This document shows positions 13,380 to 26,820 of a stretch of 64,000 nucleotides of DNA, piece after piece. A program made the position numbers and the translations under genes. The DNA is from Felis catus. Lineage: Eukaryota. The notes beneath the pieces are model-generated. The model was not told where the DNA came from. It saw nothing but the letters and a program-made list of their open reading frames with translations, and did not search any database. Numbering within the stretch: position 1 is the stretch's first letter; each line of letters begins with the position of its first letter. The stretch spans positions 107,262,001 through 107,326,000 of the forward strand of contig NC_058373.1 in assembly GCF_018350175.1 (NCBI RefSeq). Reading direction: 5' to 3'.

Positions 13380-13630
13380 TGGTGCAGTGGTTAAAAGCAT
13401 CAACTTTGGGATCAAAGAAATTTGAGTTAAATCCTTGGGCTACCACTTAATAGTGACCTGCAGTAAAGGCTTTTTTGACTCCTAGATTCCTAAATCTTTA
13501 AAATGGTGATAAAAATAATACTGCCTGTTTTACAGGCTTGTTGTGAAGGTTAAAGAAATGGCAACTTGTTCAAAGTTTGCTTGGCATATTTGCCTGGCAT
13601 ATAGCAGCTAATATTTATTAAGTACTGTTA
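13380..13630 (+). mobile_element. MIR SINE
   Basis: ggtgcagtggttaaaagc...tgagttaaatcctt...taaaatggtgataaaaataatactgcc...ttgtgaaggttaaa. Confidence 0.8.
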
Positions 13631-13759
13631 TTATGAGTGGTAATGTCCGTCTTAATGGTTGTGTAATGTTTCTGAAAAATTATAAAATAGTTGGAAATAG
13701 AGAATCCTAAGTGTGCTGAGGGTACTGTTCAAGTATAATTACAGCTAGCGGTTTATGTG

Positions 13760-16190
13760 CATATGTATTTACTTTTTTGAAGATCAAACACAAACACAGA
13801 TTGTGCTGTATGAATTTCTCTGCCACTTAGTTCATTCATTTATCAATATATTTTGGATAATTTATGTTTGAGCATATAAATATAAGTCATTGTTTTTTTC
13901 ATGGTTGCAGAGTATTCCATCTTTTGAGAATGCATTAATCTATTTAGCCTGTCATATATTAATGGAAGTTTTGGTTGTTTTTGGATATTCAATATAGTTT
14001 TTCAGTGCACATCCTATCTTTGTGTAAATGCAAGTATATCTATAGGATAAATTAAAATTTTTTTAATGTTTATTTACTTTTGAGAGAGAGCACAAGCGGA
14101 GGAGGGACAGCAAGAGAGAGAGGGAGACACAGAATCCGAAGCAGGCTCTAAGCTGTCAGCACAGATCCCAATGCAGGGTCCAAACCCACAAACCACGAGA
14201 TCATGACTTGAGCTGAAGTCAGACACTTAACTGACTGAGCCACCCAGGCGCCCTGTAGGATAAATTTCTAACAGCAAAATGTGTATTTAAAAATAAAAAA
14301 ACCTTTTTTCTAACATTTATTTATTTTTTGAGAGACAGAGAAACAGAGCACGAGGGACCCGAACTCATGAACCGCAGAGGGAGGGAGTCACAGAATCTGA
14401 AGCAGGCTCCAAGCTCTGAGCTGTCAGCACAGAGCCTGACGTGGGGCTCCAACCTACAAACTATGAGATCATGACCTGAGCTAAAGTCAGACCCTTAACT
14501 GATTGAGCCACCCAGATGCCCCATAATGTGTATTTATAGTTTTAATAGACATTACCAATTTTTTTATTAGACATTACCAATTTTTTCTTTTTTCAACTTT
14601 ATTGAGATAGAATTGACATTCATTAAACTGCACATAATTTAATCAGCGTTGACATGTTAATAGACCCATAAAGTGATCACTACAATTAAGATAACAAATA
14701 GTTCTGTCATACCCAAATTTCCTTATGTCTTTTTGTAATCTATTCTTCCCTCTACTCCCATCCCCAAGCAACAACAGTTTTGCTTTTCCTTATAGAGTAG
14801 TTTGCATTTGCTATTATTTTACATAAAATCATATAGGCTGCTTTTTGTTTTTTTTTTTTTTTTTTTTTTTTTTGGTTTGTCTTGGCTTTGACTCCATTAT
14901 TCTGAGATTCGTCTATTTTGTTGTGTCTGTCAGTGGTTCATTCCTCTTTATTACCGAATGGTGTTCTGTTGTATAGATATACTAGTTTGTACTAGTTAAT
15001 TGACAGTTGGCTTGTTTGTGATTGTTAGTATTACAAAAGAGCTGCTATGGAGAATTTTCATGTAAAAGTCTTTGCATGAACATTTTTTTTAAATTAAAAA
15101 AATTAAATTTTTTTAATGTTTATTTTTGAGAGAGAGAAGGAGAGAGCGAGCACGAGTAGGGGAGGGGCAGAGAGAGGGAGATACAGAATCTGAAGCAGGC
15201 TCCAGTGTTTGAGCTGTCTGTACAGAGCCAGATGCGGGCTTGAACTCATGGACTGTGAAATCATGACCTAAGCTGAAGTTGGACCCTTGACTGAGCCACC
15301 CAGATACTTCTGAACATGTGTTTTTGTTTCTCTTGGGAAAATACCTAGGAGTGGCGTGTCTGGGTTATGTGGTAGTTGTAGTTTAACTTTTAAAGTTTTA
15401 TAGTTTTAGATTTACATTTAGATCTGTGATCCATTTGAAGTTAACTTTTTTGTATGGTGTGAGGTAAGAGGGTTCTCTTTTTGAGTGTTATTATTATTAT
15501 TATTATTATTATTTTTCCTGCAAGGATATCTAGGGGATCTAGCACTATTTTTTGAAATGCCTTTCCTTTTTCATTGGATTGCCTTGGCATTTTTGTCAAA
15601 AATCAATTGACTAAGTAACTATGGATCTGTTTCTGAACCCTCTGTTCTGTTCCATTGACTTATAACTATCTTTGCCAGTACAGCCAAACTGTTTTAATTA
15701 CTGTAGCTTTATGATAAGTCTTGGGAAGTGTAAGTCCTTCAACTTTTTTTTTTTAATTAGTTTTGAAGTTTATTTATTTATTTCAAAAGAGAGCATGAAC
15801 AGGGGAGGTAAAGAGAGAGAGAGGGAGAGAGAGGATTCCAAGCAGGCTAAGCACTGTCACACAGAGCCTGATGCAGGGCCCGAACTCATGAACTGTGAGA
15901 TCATGACCTGAGCTGAAATCAAGAGTCAGATGCTTAACCGACTGAGCCACCCAGGCACCCTCAACTTTGTTTTTACTTTAAAAATTGCTTTGGTTATTTT
16001 AGGTCCTTTACAATTCTATATAGATTTTAGAATCAATTTGTCAACTTTTGTATAAATGCCTGTTGGATTTGGGTTGCTTTAAATTTGGGGAGAATTGCCA
16101 TCTTGACAATATTGAGTATTATAATCAATAAATATATATTTTTCATTTATTTAAGTCTTTAATTTCATTCAGTACTATTTCAGTCTTCTG
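13760..16190 (-). mobile_element. Cluster of old L1ME/L1MB 3' fragments with five SINEs
   Basis: actttattgagatagaattgacat; atacctaggagtgg; tttgtcaaaaatcaattgac motifs. Confidence 0.65.
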
Positions 16191-16545
16191 ACGCCTCGAA
16201 TGAAGCTGGAGGATCCACTTCTAAGCTTAATTTTGTGGCTTAGTTCTTTACTATTTGTTGGTTAGAGGTCTCAGTTCTTTCCTGTAAAGGCCTATCCTAA
16301 GGATTTCTTCACTGTCCTTACAATGTGGTAGCTTTCTTTCCCTAGAGTGAATGATTCAAGAGAGAGAGGCAGAAGCCACAATGTCATAAACTAGCTTTGG
16401 AAGTCTGACACTGTCATTTCTGCTGCATTCTATTTGAGTCCTAAGCACAGTCCGTATTTAGGGTGGAGGGGAATTAGGCTTCACTTTGTGATAAGAGAAG
16501 TATCAAAGAATTTGTGGACATATGTACAACCACATTAACCATATA
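16190..16545. mobile_element. MLT1-type LTR fragment
   Basis: ggctggaggatccacttctaag-like start; aaagaatttgtggacatat...aaccaca end. Confidence 0.7.
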
Positions 16546-16559
16546 TCTGTATGTTCATC

Positions 16560-17020
16560 ACTGTTGTAGCCTAAATCCAACAGAGCTCCCAATGATTCTT
16601 GCCTCCTGATATTCATGCCTTTGTGCAATTTCTCTCCAAATGGTTATCAGAGTTGCTTGTGTTATGAATTGAATATGGCAGAAGTGATGGTTTGTCACTT
16701 CCAAGGCTAGGTCATAAAAAGACTCTGCAGCTTTCTCATGGACCATTTGCTCTTGGGAAGGACAGTTTCTGTGTTGTAAGCAGCCATATAGAAAGGCTCA
16801 TGTGGTGAAGAATCAAGGCCTCTGACACCTGCCACATGAGTAAGCCCTCTTAGATTCTCTGGCCCCAGCCGTGTCTTCAGATAATTGCAACCCTGGCTAA
16901 TGTCTTGAGAAATAACTTGCTGCTGGATTCTTGACACTCAGAAACTGTATGAGATAATGTTTATTATTTTAAGCTGCTGAATTTGAAGGTATTTTGTTAC
17001 ACAGTAACAGATAACTAATA
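16560..17020 (+). mobile_element. MLT1(D/E/F-like) solo LTR
   Basis: cccaatgattcttgcctcctgatattcatgcc...ttttaagctgctgaatttgaaggtattttgttacacagtaacagataactaata. Confidence 0.8.
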
Positions 17021-17699
17021 GCAATCACTTCGCCTTTATTATAACAAAAGAGACATTACCAAAACTTGTACACTATTTGAGACTCTTTTTATGATAGTGG
17101 GAATAGATTTCTAAGGGGCTCCTGTCAAATAAGCCATTGTCATTATGTAGAGAAGTGGTTCTTATTCAGAGACATATAAACTACTTTGGTTTAGAAGTAA
17201 AGTAATCTAGGGGGAATCCTGTGATACTGTTTATTGTAACTTAAATTACAAAGGTAGAGCTTTTATTACCATTTAAGCTTTGATAATAAGGCAGAATATT
17301 TAGTGAGAACCTTGTAAATTTCCTATCATTGACCAAGGACTTAATAAATTTTATCAAAATCCATGAAATAGCAATTTGAGTAGTTAATTCTTTATAAAAA
17401 TAGTTTATTTTGTTTATAGATTTAATAAGTGATAAATACAGTGATGTTGAATCTTATATGGAATTTATGTTCTCAAGTTGTGTAAGTTAGAAATTATGTG
17501 TAGTGAAAGAATTACCTTTAATAAGACCAGAAATTGTCAGTATGGATAAATGATTTTTCACTAAGTTGAGCATAGCCAGTTTCCTTCAGCATAGGAATGT
17601 TTCACTGTTTTTGCCAAACATCAGCTGAAATAATTGGCTCTTTTCTGGCATTGTATTGAAAAGACATTTTTCAATGCAGTCAAATGCAGTCTTCCTCTT

Positions 17700-17930
17700 C
17701 TTTTTTTTTTTTTTTTTAAATGTTTATTTTTGAGAGAGAGAGAGACAGAGTGCCAGTGGGGGAGGGGCAGAGAAAGAGGGAGACAGAATCTGAAGCAGCC
17801 TCCAGGCTCCAAGCTGATTGGAGCCTGACTTAGATTACTCCAAGCCTGATGTAGGGCCTGAACCCATAAACCGTGAGATCATGACCGCTACCAAAGTTGG
17901 CTGCTCAACTGACTGAGCCACCCAGGTTTC

Positions 17931-17968
<38 letters not shown>

Positions 17969-18141
17969 TTTATTTATTTTGAGAGAGAGAGAGTGAGTCA
18001 GGGAAGGAGCAGAGAGAGAGAATCCCTAGCAGGCTCTGCACCATTAGCGTGGGACCCGATGTGGGACTCGAACCCACAAACCATGAGATCATGACCTGAG
18101 CCAAAGCCAGATGCTTAACTGGCTGAGCCACTCAGGTGCCC
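17700..18141 (-). mobile_element. Two tandem antisense Can-SINEs
   Basis: Two T-tails (17700, 17935) and two heads. Confidence 0.9.
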
Positions 18142-19831
18142 TAGTCAGATACGGTCTTATTAAGATGTTCATTCTAGGAGAGGTATTAGGAAGTGAGTGC
18201 AGCTGAGGGAACAATTGAGTGACATCTCTCATTTTATGCTCACTCTGGAGTAAAGGTATAACTGAGAGGAAAGGCTGGTGATATGGGCTGCTTTTAAAAA
18301 AATATCTTTTTGCTGAACATATAAATTTGTGTAAGTAAATGTGCATATAATATACTGCTATTGTGTAATAGAATGCTTGTGAAACTTCTACTTTTCTTTA
18401 TGGGGAAAATGTACAGTATTCCATTGTGATGTTTAGATTAGACTATTTCATTTTGTGGAAAATGACATGAAAGGTTTGTTGATTTCTGTAAAGCACAATG
18501 GGAACCTGTTTATAATGAGGAGTCTATGTCATTGAGAAAAGTTTCAGTTATATTCAGCCAGCACAGAACCAGCATACACATTTGTTGGACATGTATTATA
18601 GGAAGAGTAACATAAAAAAGTTTAAAATAGAACTTCTGCATTTTTGGAGTATGGTATAGTTGTCTGGAAAATTTACTGTCAGATAATGAATGTGTCTTTA
18701 CTCTTGGAACATGCTTTATTGTACATGAAATTCTGAACTTATATAGCAGATAAGTTACGTGATTTTTTTCCCATTGCTAAAGAGTCTGAATGTTCAGAAG
18801 TGATCACTAAGACATTTCTTTAAATACTGCATTCTTATATTTTACAATGTCTTATGGATTGCTCACCATATAACAGTTAAGCCATAGGATGGAAAAATCT
18901 TGATGCCAGTAGTAGGAACTTTTTCCAGTTGGAAATCATTTAAAATAAAATTAAAGGAAGTGTAATTTTTTAGTGTTACTGGAAAGATATAATTTGACTC
19001 ACTAAAGTGAGAGAACATTCATGTTCTCTTTCAGGCTTTACACCTGTGGCCTAAAGCTGTAGTCTTGTTGGGACTTTAATTATTAATACAAAAGTGTGTT
19101 TTATAACATCTAGCCACGTCTACTTTAATACCATATAATTTCCTTTTAGAATGTGTAAATGCCCGAGCAAATTTTTGGACACAATCTGTTGTACTCTTTT
19201 GTATTTGGAGATAAGTGGTTTGAAAAGTATTAAGCAGTTTCTCTTCAGTTTAGTTTTGTCTTGTTTAAAGCATTAGTATAATGGTTTCCAAGGGGTGCCT
19301 AGCTGGCTTAGTTGGAAGAGCTTGCCACTCCTGATCTTAGGGTCATGAGTTTGAGTCCCATGTTGGGTATAGAGATCACACACAAAAAATAAATAAACAA
19401 AGCATTAGTATAACTGTTTGACTTGGACTAGAACTTGATTTTAAGTTGTCATTAGCTATGAATTCCCAGTGAATGCCTCTCAAATTTCACTAAGAGATCA
19501 GGCTATATGATTTATTGGTTTTAAGAAATCATGTGCAGCTTTCTGCTAATGCAGAAATTGTTCAGACATATAACACAGAGTTTCAAGAACCTGAAAATTT
19601 CCTGTTTGAAACTGATGGTTTAGAAGGTAGCTTCTTTTGTTATATCTGGAGGAATTAATGTTTAGAAGTTCACACTTATCTATTAATTTCTTACTCTCAT
19701 TTAGTTCTTTCCTCATTTTTTGGTTTTCCAATTTATATCAATTTATAGACTGTATTCAAGTCAATGTGAAAATTTTATCTAAATGCAGTTCCAAAGTTTG
19801 CAGTATTTTTGTGCATTTATTTCTTTACTGC

Positions 19832-19833
<2 letters not shown>

Positions 19834-19873
<40 letters not shown>
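19834..19873. repeat. (CA)n microsatellite
   Basis: About 20 units. Confidence 0.95.
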
Positions 19874-19876
<3 letters not shown>

Positions 19877-20460
19877 CAAACATGCTAGAATGACATTTTC
19901 TGGTGGTCAGTTGAGATATGACATTGAAATGCATTGTCTGGTAAATTTTTTTTTAGAAACTATATTTTATTTAGAAAAAAAATTTTTAAAGATTTTTTTT
20001 TTTTAAGTAATCTCTACACCCAGTGTGGGGCTTGAACCCACAACCCTGAGATCAAGAGTCACTTGCTCTACTGACTGAGCCAGCCAGGTGCCCCTGAAAA
20101 TATTTTTAATAGAGTGTTCCTAAGCATTTGATCCAAACAGCAGCCATGAGTTTGGGGTTTTAGGGCAAGATTTTATTTTCTAGAATATCACTCATGTTAT
20201 TCCTAAATATGTCAGAAAAATATAGGAGACAAACAGCAATTTGATTTCATTTCATACTTTTCAAATATTTATACCCTTATCTTAGAAATTTTGGTAATGA
20301 GTCATAGAGCTTCTCTTTCTATCCTTAACCCCAAAATATATTGAGAAAAAAGTTAGGAACAGAGAATATGAAATAGGAGAAGCTGTTCATGCATTTCCTG
20401 GGATTTAGATTTTTTTATCCTCTTCCAGGCGTGCTCCAAGTCTGGTGCTTTACTTATTTC

Positions 20461-20498
<38 letters not shown>

Positions 20499-20838
20499 CA
20501 CTTCTTATTTATTAGGACTTGATGATCAAAGTTGAATATGAGATAATCTTTGCCCTGAGGTTTCACAGTTAATGTATAGAAGGTAAACAAATAAAATGTT
20601 ACTATACAGTTTGATAATTGTTATGCTCAGTGTTGTTGGAGTCATTTGAGTAACATAATTTGACAGTGGGGTGCTGGGAGTATAGTGGCACCAGCAAGTA
20701 TATCACAGGATCCAAGTCAGAAATATGGTAGTCATTCTTGGTTTATATTTGTGGCTTATATCCAAGCATCACCAAGTCTTGCCCATACTGTTCCTAAATC
20801 ACTTTCAAACCACGGGTTTTATAATAATTCTATTGTTT

Positions 20839-20876
<38 letters not shown>

Positions 20877-23639
20877 ATAAGAGCAATTTCTACTTATTTA
20901 GATATTTTGTTCTGTTAGGGGAATATACTTTCATGTGGATGTAAGTGCCCTCATTTTATTTCAATAATAGAAAATTGAAGCCAGTTTGGATAGGGAGAAG
21001 ATTGAAAAATGAAACAAATGTGTAAGATTAAAGTTGCATATAGCTTTTGTAGTTAGATGATATATGTATTTCAAGTGGATAATACAGATTTATACCTTAA
21101 TGAAAGCACATGGTCATATTAATTTGAAATTTGCACAAGGAGCATCATAGTGTATATTAACCTTGCTTTTTTCACTTAGTGGTAGATCATGAGTATTATT
21201 AGCATATACCACTTTACCTCCTTGTTAGCACCTAATATTTCTTTGTGTGGATGTTTCTCCTATTGATGAGTATTTAGAAGTGTGAGGTTTCGATAGCTTT
21301 CTAAATTTTTTTTTAATAAAGTACACCAGTTAATTCCCTGAAAACAGTATATGAAGGTGTCTGTTCCCTCACCACTTTTGCCCCACCAAGGATTTCATAA
21401 AGTCTATATTGGTTTTGATATACTGCAGTCACACTTCTACCTACTGCATTTCATATTTGTATTCAGCAGCAAGTCTCCAATATGATTGTAAAATACAGAA
21501 ATGAAGTATTTTTTCCTTGATGTTTGTGCTTTAAGCAAATGCACCGGGTCAAGTTTTAGTTGAAAATCATTTAACTTTCTGAGTAATAAAAGTCTCAAAG
21601 AACATTTAGAAATAGAGTTGTATGAAATAGCTATTGTTTGTAAGCACTTTATCTACCTCTTATTTTTTGTAAAAGAGTCATATTACAATTAGTACGAGAT
21701 CTATTCTTTGGGCAGCTGGAAAGCAGGACAAGGAAAAATCATTCTCCTCTTGTCCGGTAGAAAGTACATTGTGCTCTCTAGTACCAGACTTGGGGTTTTT
21801 TTTCTTTAAAGGATAATGGATTCCACACAGGTGAGTCAGTCGGTCTTTTGTGTTCTTACCAGGTGCATTATTGGTTTTCATGATGGCAGTCTAGGTGTTC
21901 TCATTCAGCAGCAGTTTTTGCAAATTCTCCAAAAGAGCACAAAGGAAAAAAACCCAGAGTCTCTCATGAGTACAAGAAATGAATTTCCTAAACTCTTTGG
22001 CCATTCTACTTTTTCTTGTTAGATGTTTATGAACTGTGACTCCTTTGGAAAGTGTATGTAATATATATAGGTAGTTTCTTTTTTTTACTTCATGGACCAT
22101 GTGTCATGATCTATTTATTTAATTTAGAACATGAAACAAAGTAGTTACTTACAAGTTCCTTTTCTTGCCTATTAACTGGGTTGTTAGAGTGGGAAGGATC
22201 CTCTGTTAGAGAGAGTTATCCATGTCCTAGATTCTAGGAACAGGCAAGTTTAGATAGTCATCTGAGGTTACCATTTGTTTGATATTTACTTGGCCCTGAA
22301 ATCACAATACTAAAATACATTTTGGATTGTAACTAAGGAAAACATTTCAGAGTAATCTTCATGTAAGAATTCTTTGAACAGAATTCTGAGTAAAAACTGT
22401 AATCTACCTGAGAGTCCTTAACAATTGAGGAAAAGAAAGTACCTGCTACTCTAAAGTTTAGGATTATCCTTTTTTCAGATTTGCAAGTTGTTTTTGCTTT
22501 CAATTGTTCACACTTAGGTAGGAGCTTAAACTATCATGGCACTGAAGAGCATATTTTATGTCCGTGTTTAGTAGCTACTTCAAACAGCTGAAACTTTATT
22601 TAGGTCATATTTCTTTTTTTGGTACATTTATTTTTAGGGTTATATTTTCCTTTTAAAGTTTCATTGCTTTCATTCAACAAATATTGAGTACTACTGTGTG
22701 GCAAGCATAGTCATGGTTACAGAATGGTACTGTCTTTTGCCCTGGTTATTAGGTTTCTTTGGTTAATGAATATAAGTCTAAAGGTTTTATGGGTTGCTTT
22801 TCCTTTTTTATATCTTTGTAAATAAGAGCTGAGTTTAAATGTATTATTTAACTTTTATTTGTGTGGGTTGACGATTTTTACCGTATATAAATAAATGGCC
22901 TATGTCAAACCATCTAGATCTGTGAGTTGATAAATTTGAATTCTGGTACTTTATATTTTGCAGCATGTTTTTTTTTTTTTTTTTTTGTCACATGTTCATA
23001 TTTTCCTACGTTTTATTGATTCTGTTTTTCTTCAGTTTTTCTCTTTATGTAAATCATCCACTTGCTTCTCATAGCAAATTGCTGCTTCAATTTGAGTCAG
23101 TGACTTGAAGTTTGTAGTGCAACAACTGGAACCTCTTTCTTTTGGAAATCTCATGCTTAAGTCTCAGGAGAAAAAAATCCTGTAGAATTCTTTGATGTAA
23201 TTATTGTCCTTTCTGGGTAAGTCTCATCTTTATGAGAAAATTTTTAGTTCTTTACTCCAGTACTTTGTAATTGATTATAGTTGCTTTCAAATAGATTATC
23301 AAGAAAGGGGGAATGTGGAAAGTATTTCAGTAGATTCTTGGGTAAAATAGTTCTGTATTATGATATTCTTTAAATGATTTTCTATGAGTTTTATATATGT
23401 TTCACTGAAAAATAAATTATGACTATCACTTGGTTAGAAATTTTTACTGAGCTCTGGTATCGTATAAAGCGAAATTAAAAAAGAAAATGAAACGTTGCTT
23501 TTCTAGCCTAGTTTGTTGTTTGGTTTCTCAGTTGCTGTATAGAGATAGCTTATTCTCATGTATAGACTTTTTAAAGCCAAAAATAATCTGTAAATTGTCT
23601 AGTACAATTTCTTGCTTTTAATGGATGAGAGAATAGATT

Positions 23640-23851
23640 TTTCTTTTTTTTAATGTTTATTTGTTATTTTGAGAGAGAGATGGAGTGTGAGCAGGGGAGG
23701 GGCAGAGAGAGTGGGAGACACAGAATCCCAAGCAGGCTTCAGGCTCTGAGCTGTCAGCACACAGCCTGACGCGGGGCTCGAACCCATGGACTGCGAGATC
23801 ATGACCTGAACCGAAGTCGGATGCTTAACCGACTGAGCCATCCAGGCGCCC
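23640..23851 (-). mobile_element. Can-SINE
   Basis: Full consensus; TSD gaatagatttttcttt. Confidence 0.95.
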
Positions 23852-25599
23852 TGAATAGATTTTTCTTTTAAAGCTTTTGTGGCATTGAAATTTTGCAGAT
23901 TCAGATTGGCCTCTTTCTCAGTTAAATTAATAAGTTAGTGAAGTTAAAAGAATAGTATCTACAGAGTTGATTTATATAGTTCTCATTGGTGCTAATGGAA
24001 ATTTCTTACTGAGGTTCAAATGGACACAGTTATCACCCATTTTAATTGCTGATTTATGGATGAAATGGCTATTGCTGCGTTGCTGGTTACTGCTTTATAT
24101 TTTAGTGAATGCAACAGCAGTGATAGCCTGTGTCATTTTAAATGAATACTTAAAGAGGAATGACTTGTGATTTTCCAGAATGTGCATATATATGTTAATT
24201 TTTTAGAATCATAGACTTTTTATGTTAGAAGAGATCTCACAGAGTGTCTAGTCCATGTTCCTATCTTATAGATTAATAAACTAAGGTACGGAGTTTTAGA
24301 ATGATTTGTCTAATCTTCCATGAGTATAAAGCGTTTTGTATGCTTACCTCCACTGTATTTTAGTAAAGTTAGAGACCTTAATGCTCACTGACTTCAACTT
24401 TCACTTGGTTAAATTTCAGTTTATGAATGTGTTATATCATCTACTTTCCTACTTAGTGTAGGTTATCAAGTAGTGGAAACTCAGAATTCATGGTGAGTAA
24501 TAATTGAGCAGAATCATTTCTGTAAACCTATCATTATCTGTAATTTAGAATTACAATGACCAGGAAGCAGTGTTAGTATAAGCATAGTTTAATACATCCA
24601 TATTAATCCATCTGGCAGAATATAACATTTTAACATACCTTTTAGATCCACAGTGATGGAAAAAAATGATTAAATTGCTTATTGTCAAAACAAGGAACTG
24701 CTTTAGATATGGTCATTTAATAAGCTGTTTTGCTTCATGTAAACTAGTTTTGCTTAAGCTTCAGAGATATAGTCACTTGGATTTATCTTACAGTGACAAT
24801 TGTTTACTGTCTGGGTTTACGTTTAATGCAGGTGCTGGTGACAGTTTGAGATTCTTGACTCATTGCCCAGCATGGAAAATGATTGGTTTTGTTAGCTATC
24901 TACTGTACTGTCTTTTAATGTTCCCCTTTTAATGCATTTAAACCTGACTTAATTATCCTGTCTTTATAGTGTTATGAGTGTTATGGTAGTGTTGTGATAT
25001 ACCTGTTAAACTACTATATACTGTATATGTAAAGTGAAAAGTTTATATGTACATGGTATTTATTGCAGTAATGTAAAGTTCAAAAATAGAAAGCAAACAT
25101 AACAGGTTTATACATTTACACATTTAAATTGTACAGTGCTGTTGTAGCCTTCTTTTTCTGGAAGATGTGTTTGTGTCAGTAAATTCTTCCTTTTTCCTTG
25201 TTTATGATTTTATGTCTGTAAAACAGTGACCAGTTGCTAAGGAAGCCTCTTTTTTCTATTTATTAGATAGTGAAGCTAATTGTCTTTTGATATTGTACTG
25301 CTTACTAGCTATCAAATAGTCTAATAAATAGGTAAAGCTTATAGCTTACTATAAAAAGTTACAAGTTAATTGTTTGGTTTTGGAACTCATACTTTAGCCT
25401 CTTGTTTTGTGTTGAATTAACGAATGTGAAGAAGACATTAAGACATTAGACTTGATTTGAAAGTAAGATAGATTTGAGACAAATTTAGGAGATAGATTGA
25501 AAAGATTTGGTGATCCAGTGGCTATGAGGTAAGAAGAGGTAGTCTAAGATAATTCTCACATTTGGGATATTGATGATTAGGTGAAGAATGGGATTTTGA

Positions 25600-25999
25600 G
25601 GGGCACCTGATGGCTCACTTGGTTAAGTGTCTGACTCTTGGTTTTGGCTCAGGTCATGATCTCACAGTTTGTGAGTTTTTTTTTTTTTTTAATTTTTTTT
25701 AACGTTTATTTATTTTTGAGACAGAGAGAGACAGAGCATGAACAGGGGAGGGGCAGAGAGAGAGGGAGACACAGAATTGGAAGCAGGCTCCAGGCTCTGA
25801 GCCATCAGCCCAGAGCCCGACGTGGGGCTCGAACTCACGGACCGCGAGATCGTGACCTGAGCTGAAGTCGGACGCTCAACCGACTGAGCCACCCAGGCGC
25901 CCCTAACAAACAGTTTGTGAGTTTGAGCCCTATGTCTGGCTCTGTGCTGACCGCATGGAGTCTGCTTGGGATTCTCTCTCTCTGCCCCTCCCCAGCTTG

Positions 26000-26030
<31 letters not shown>

Positions 26031-26058
26031 AAAATAAATAAATAAACAAACAAAAAAA
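25600..26058 (+). mobile_element. Can-SINE split by a young antisense Can-SINE (25676-25903)
   Basis: Inner TSD acagtttgtgagttt; outer TSD-like atgggattttga / atgagattttga. Confidence 0.92.
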
Positions 26059-26582
26059 TGAGATTTTGAAGATTCAGTGCATTTCCTTCTGTAACAAGGC
26101 AGGCTTGTGTTAGTAAATAAACAGGCAAATAAATTAGCAAATGGTAATAGCTGAAAATGGTGGATTTTGGAGTCTAGGTTGGTTATGAAGGGTAGTATAC
26201 CTAGGAGTTAGCCTGAAATTGGGAGAAAAAGAAAGTATCAAAGTGTTGGAGGTCTGGGTGAGATCAAGGGGAGCAGTAGAGGTAATGAGGGATTGAGAGC
26301 TGGTAATTCAGGTTGTGGCTAGGGTTTAGAATATAACTAAACAGGCTGTTACTATGCTCAGTGCTGGAGAAACTAGTGGCCAGAAAGCTAAACAACACAC
26401 AAAAAGTATTTAAAAGAGTAAAAAAATAGAGCATTCTTTAAAATTAAGATGACCATTGGAAAACAGAGGCACAGCTAGAGTAGTTTAGAGCTGATGGCTT
26501 TTATTTACAGTTAAACTGAATATAAAAATCTTACCCTCTAGCCCATGTAACACATAGTGTTCTGTTTTAAAAATTTTTGAGC

Positions 26583-26820
26583 GGGGCGCCTGGGTGGCTC
26601 AGTCGGTTGAGAGTCTGACTTCGGCTTAGGTCATGATCTCGCCATCCGTGAGTTTGAGCCCCGCATCCGGCTCTGTGCTGACAGCTCAGAGCCTGGAGCC
26701 TATTTCAGATTCTGTGTCTCCCTCTCTCTCTGACCCTCCCCCATTCATGCTCTGTCTCTCTCTGTCTCAAAAATAAATAAACGTTAAAAAAAAAAATTAA
26801 AAAAAAAATAAAAAATAAAA
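26583..26820 (+). mobile_element. Young Can-SINE
   Basis: Full consensus; TSD aaaatttttgagc. Confidence 0.95.
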
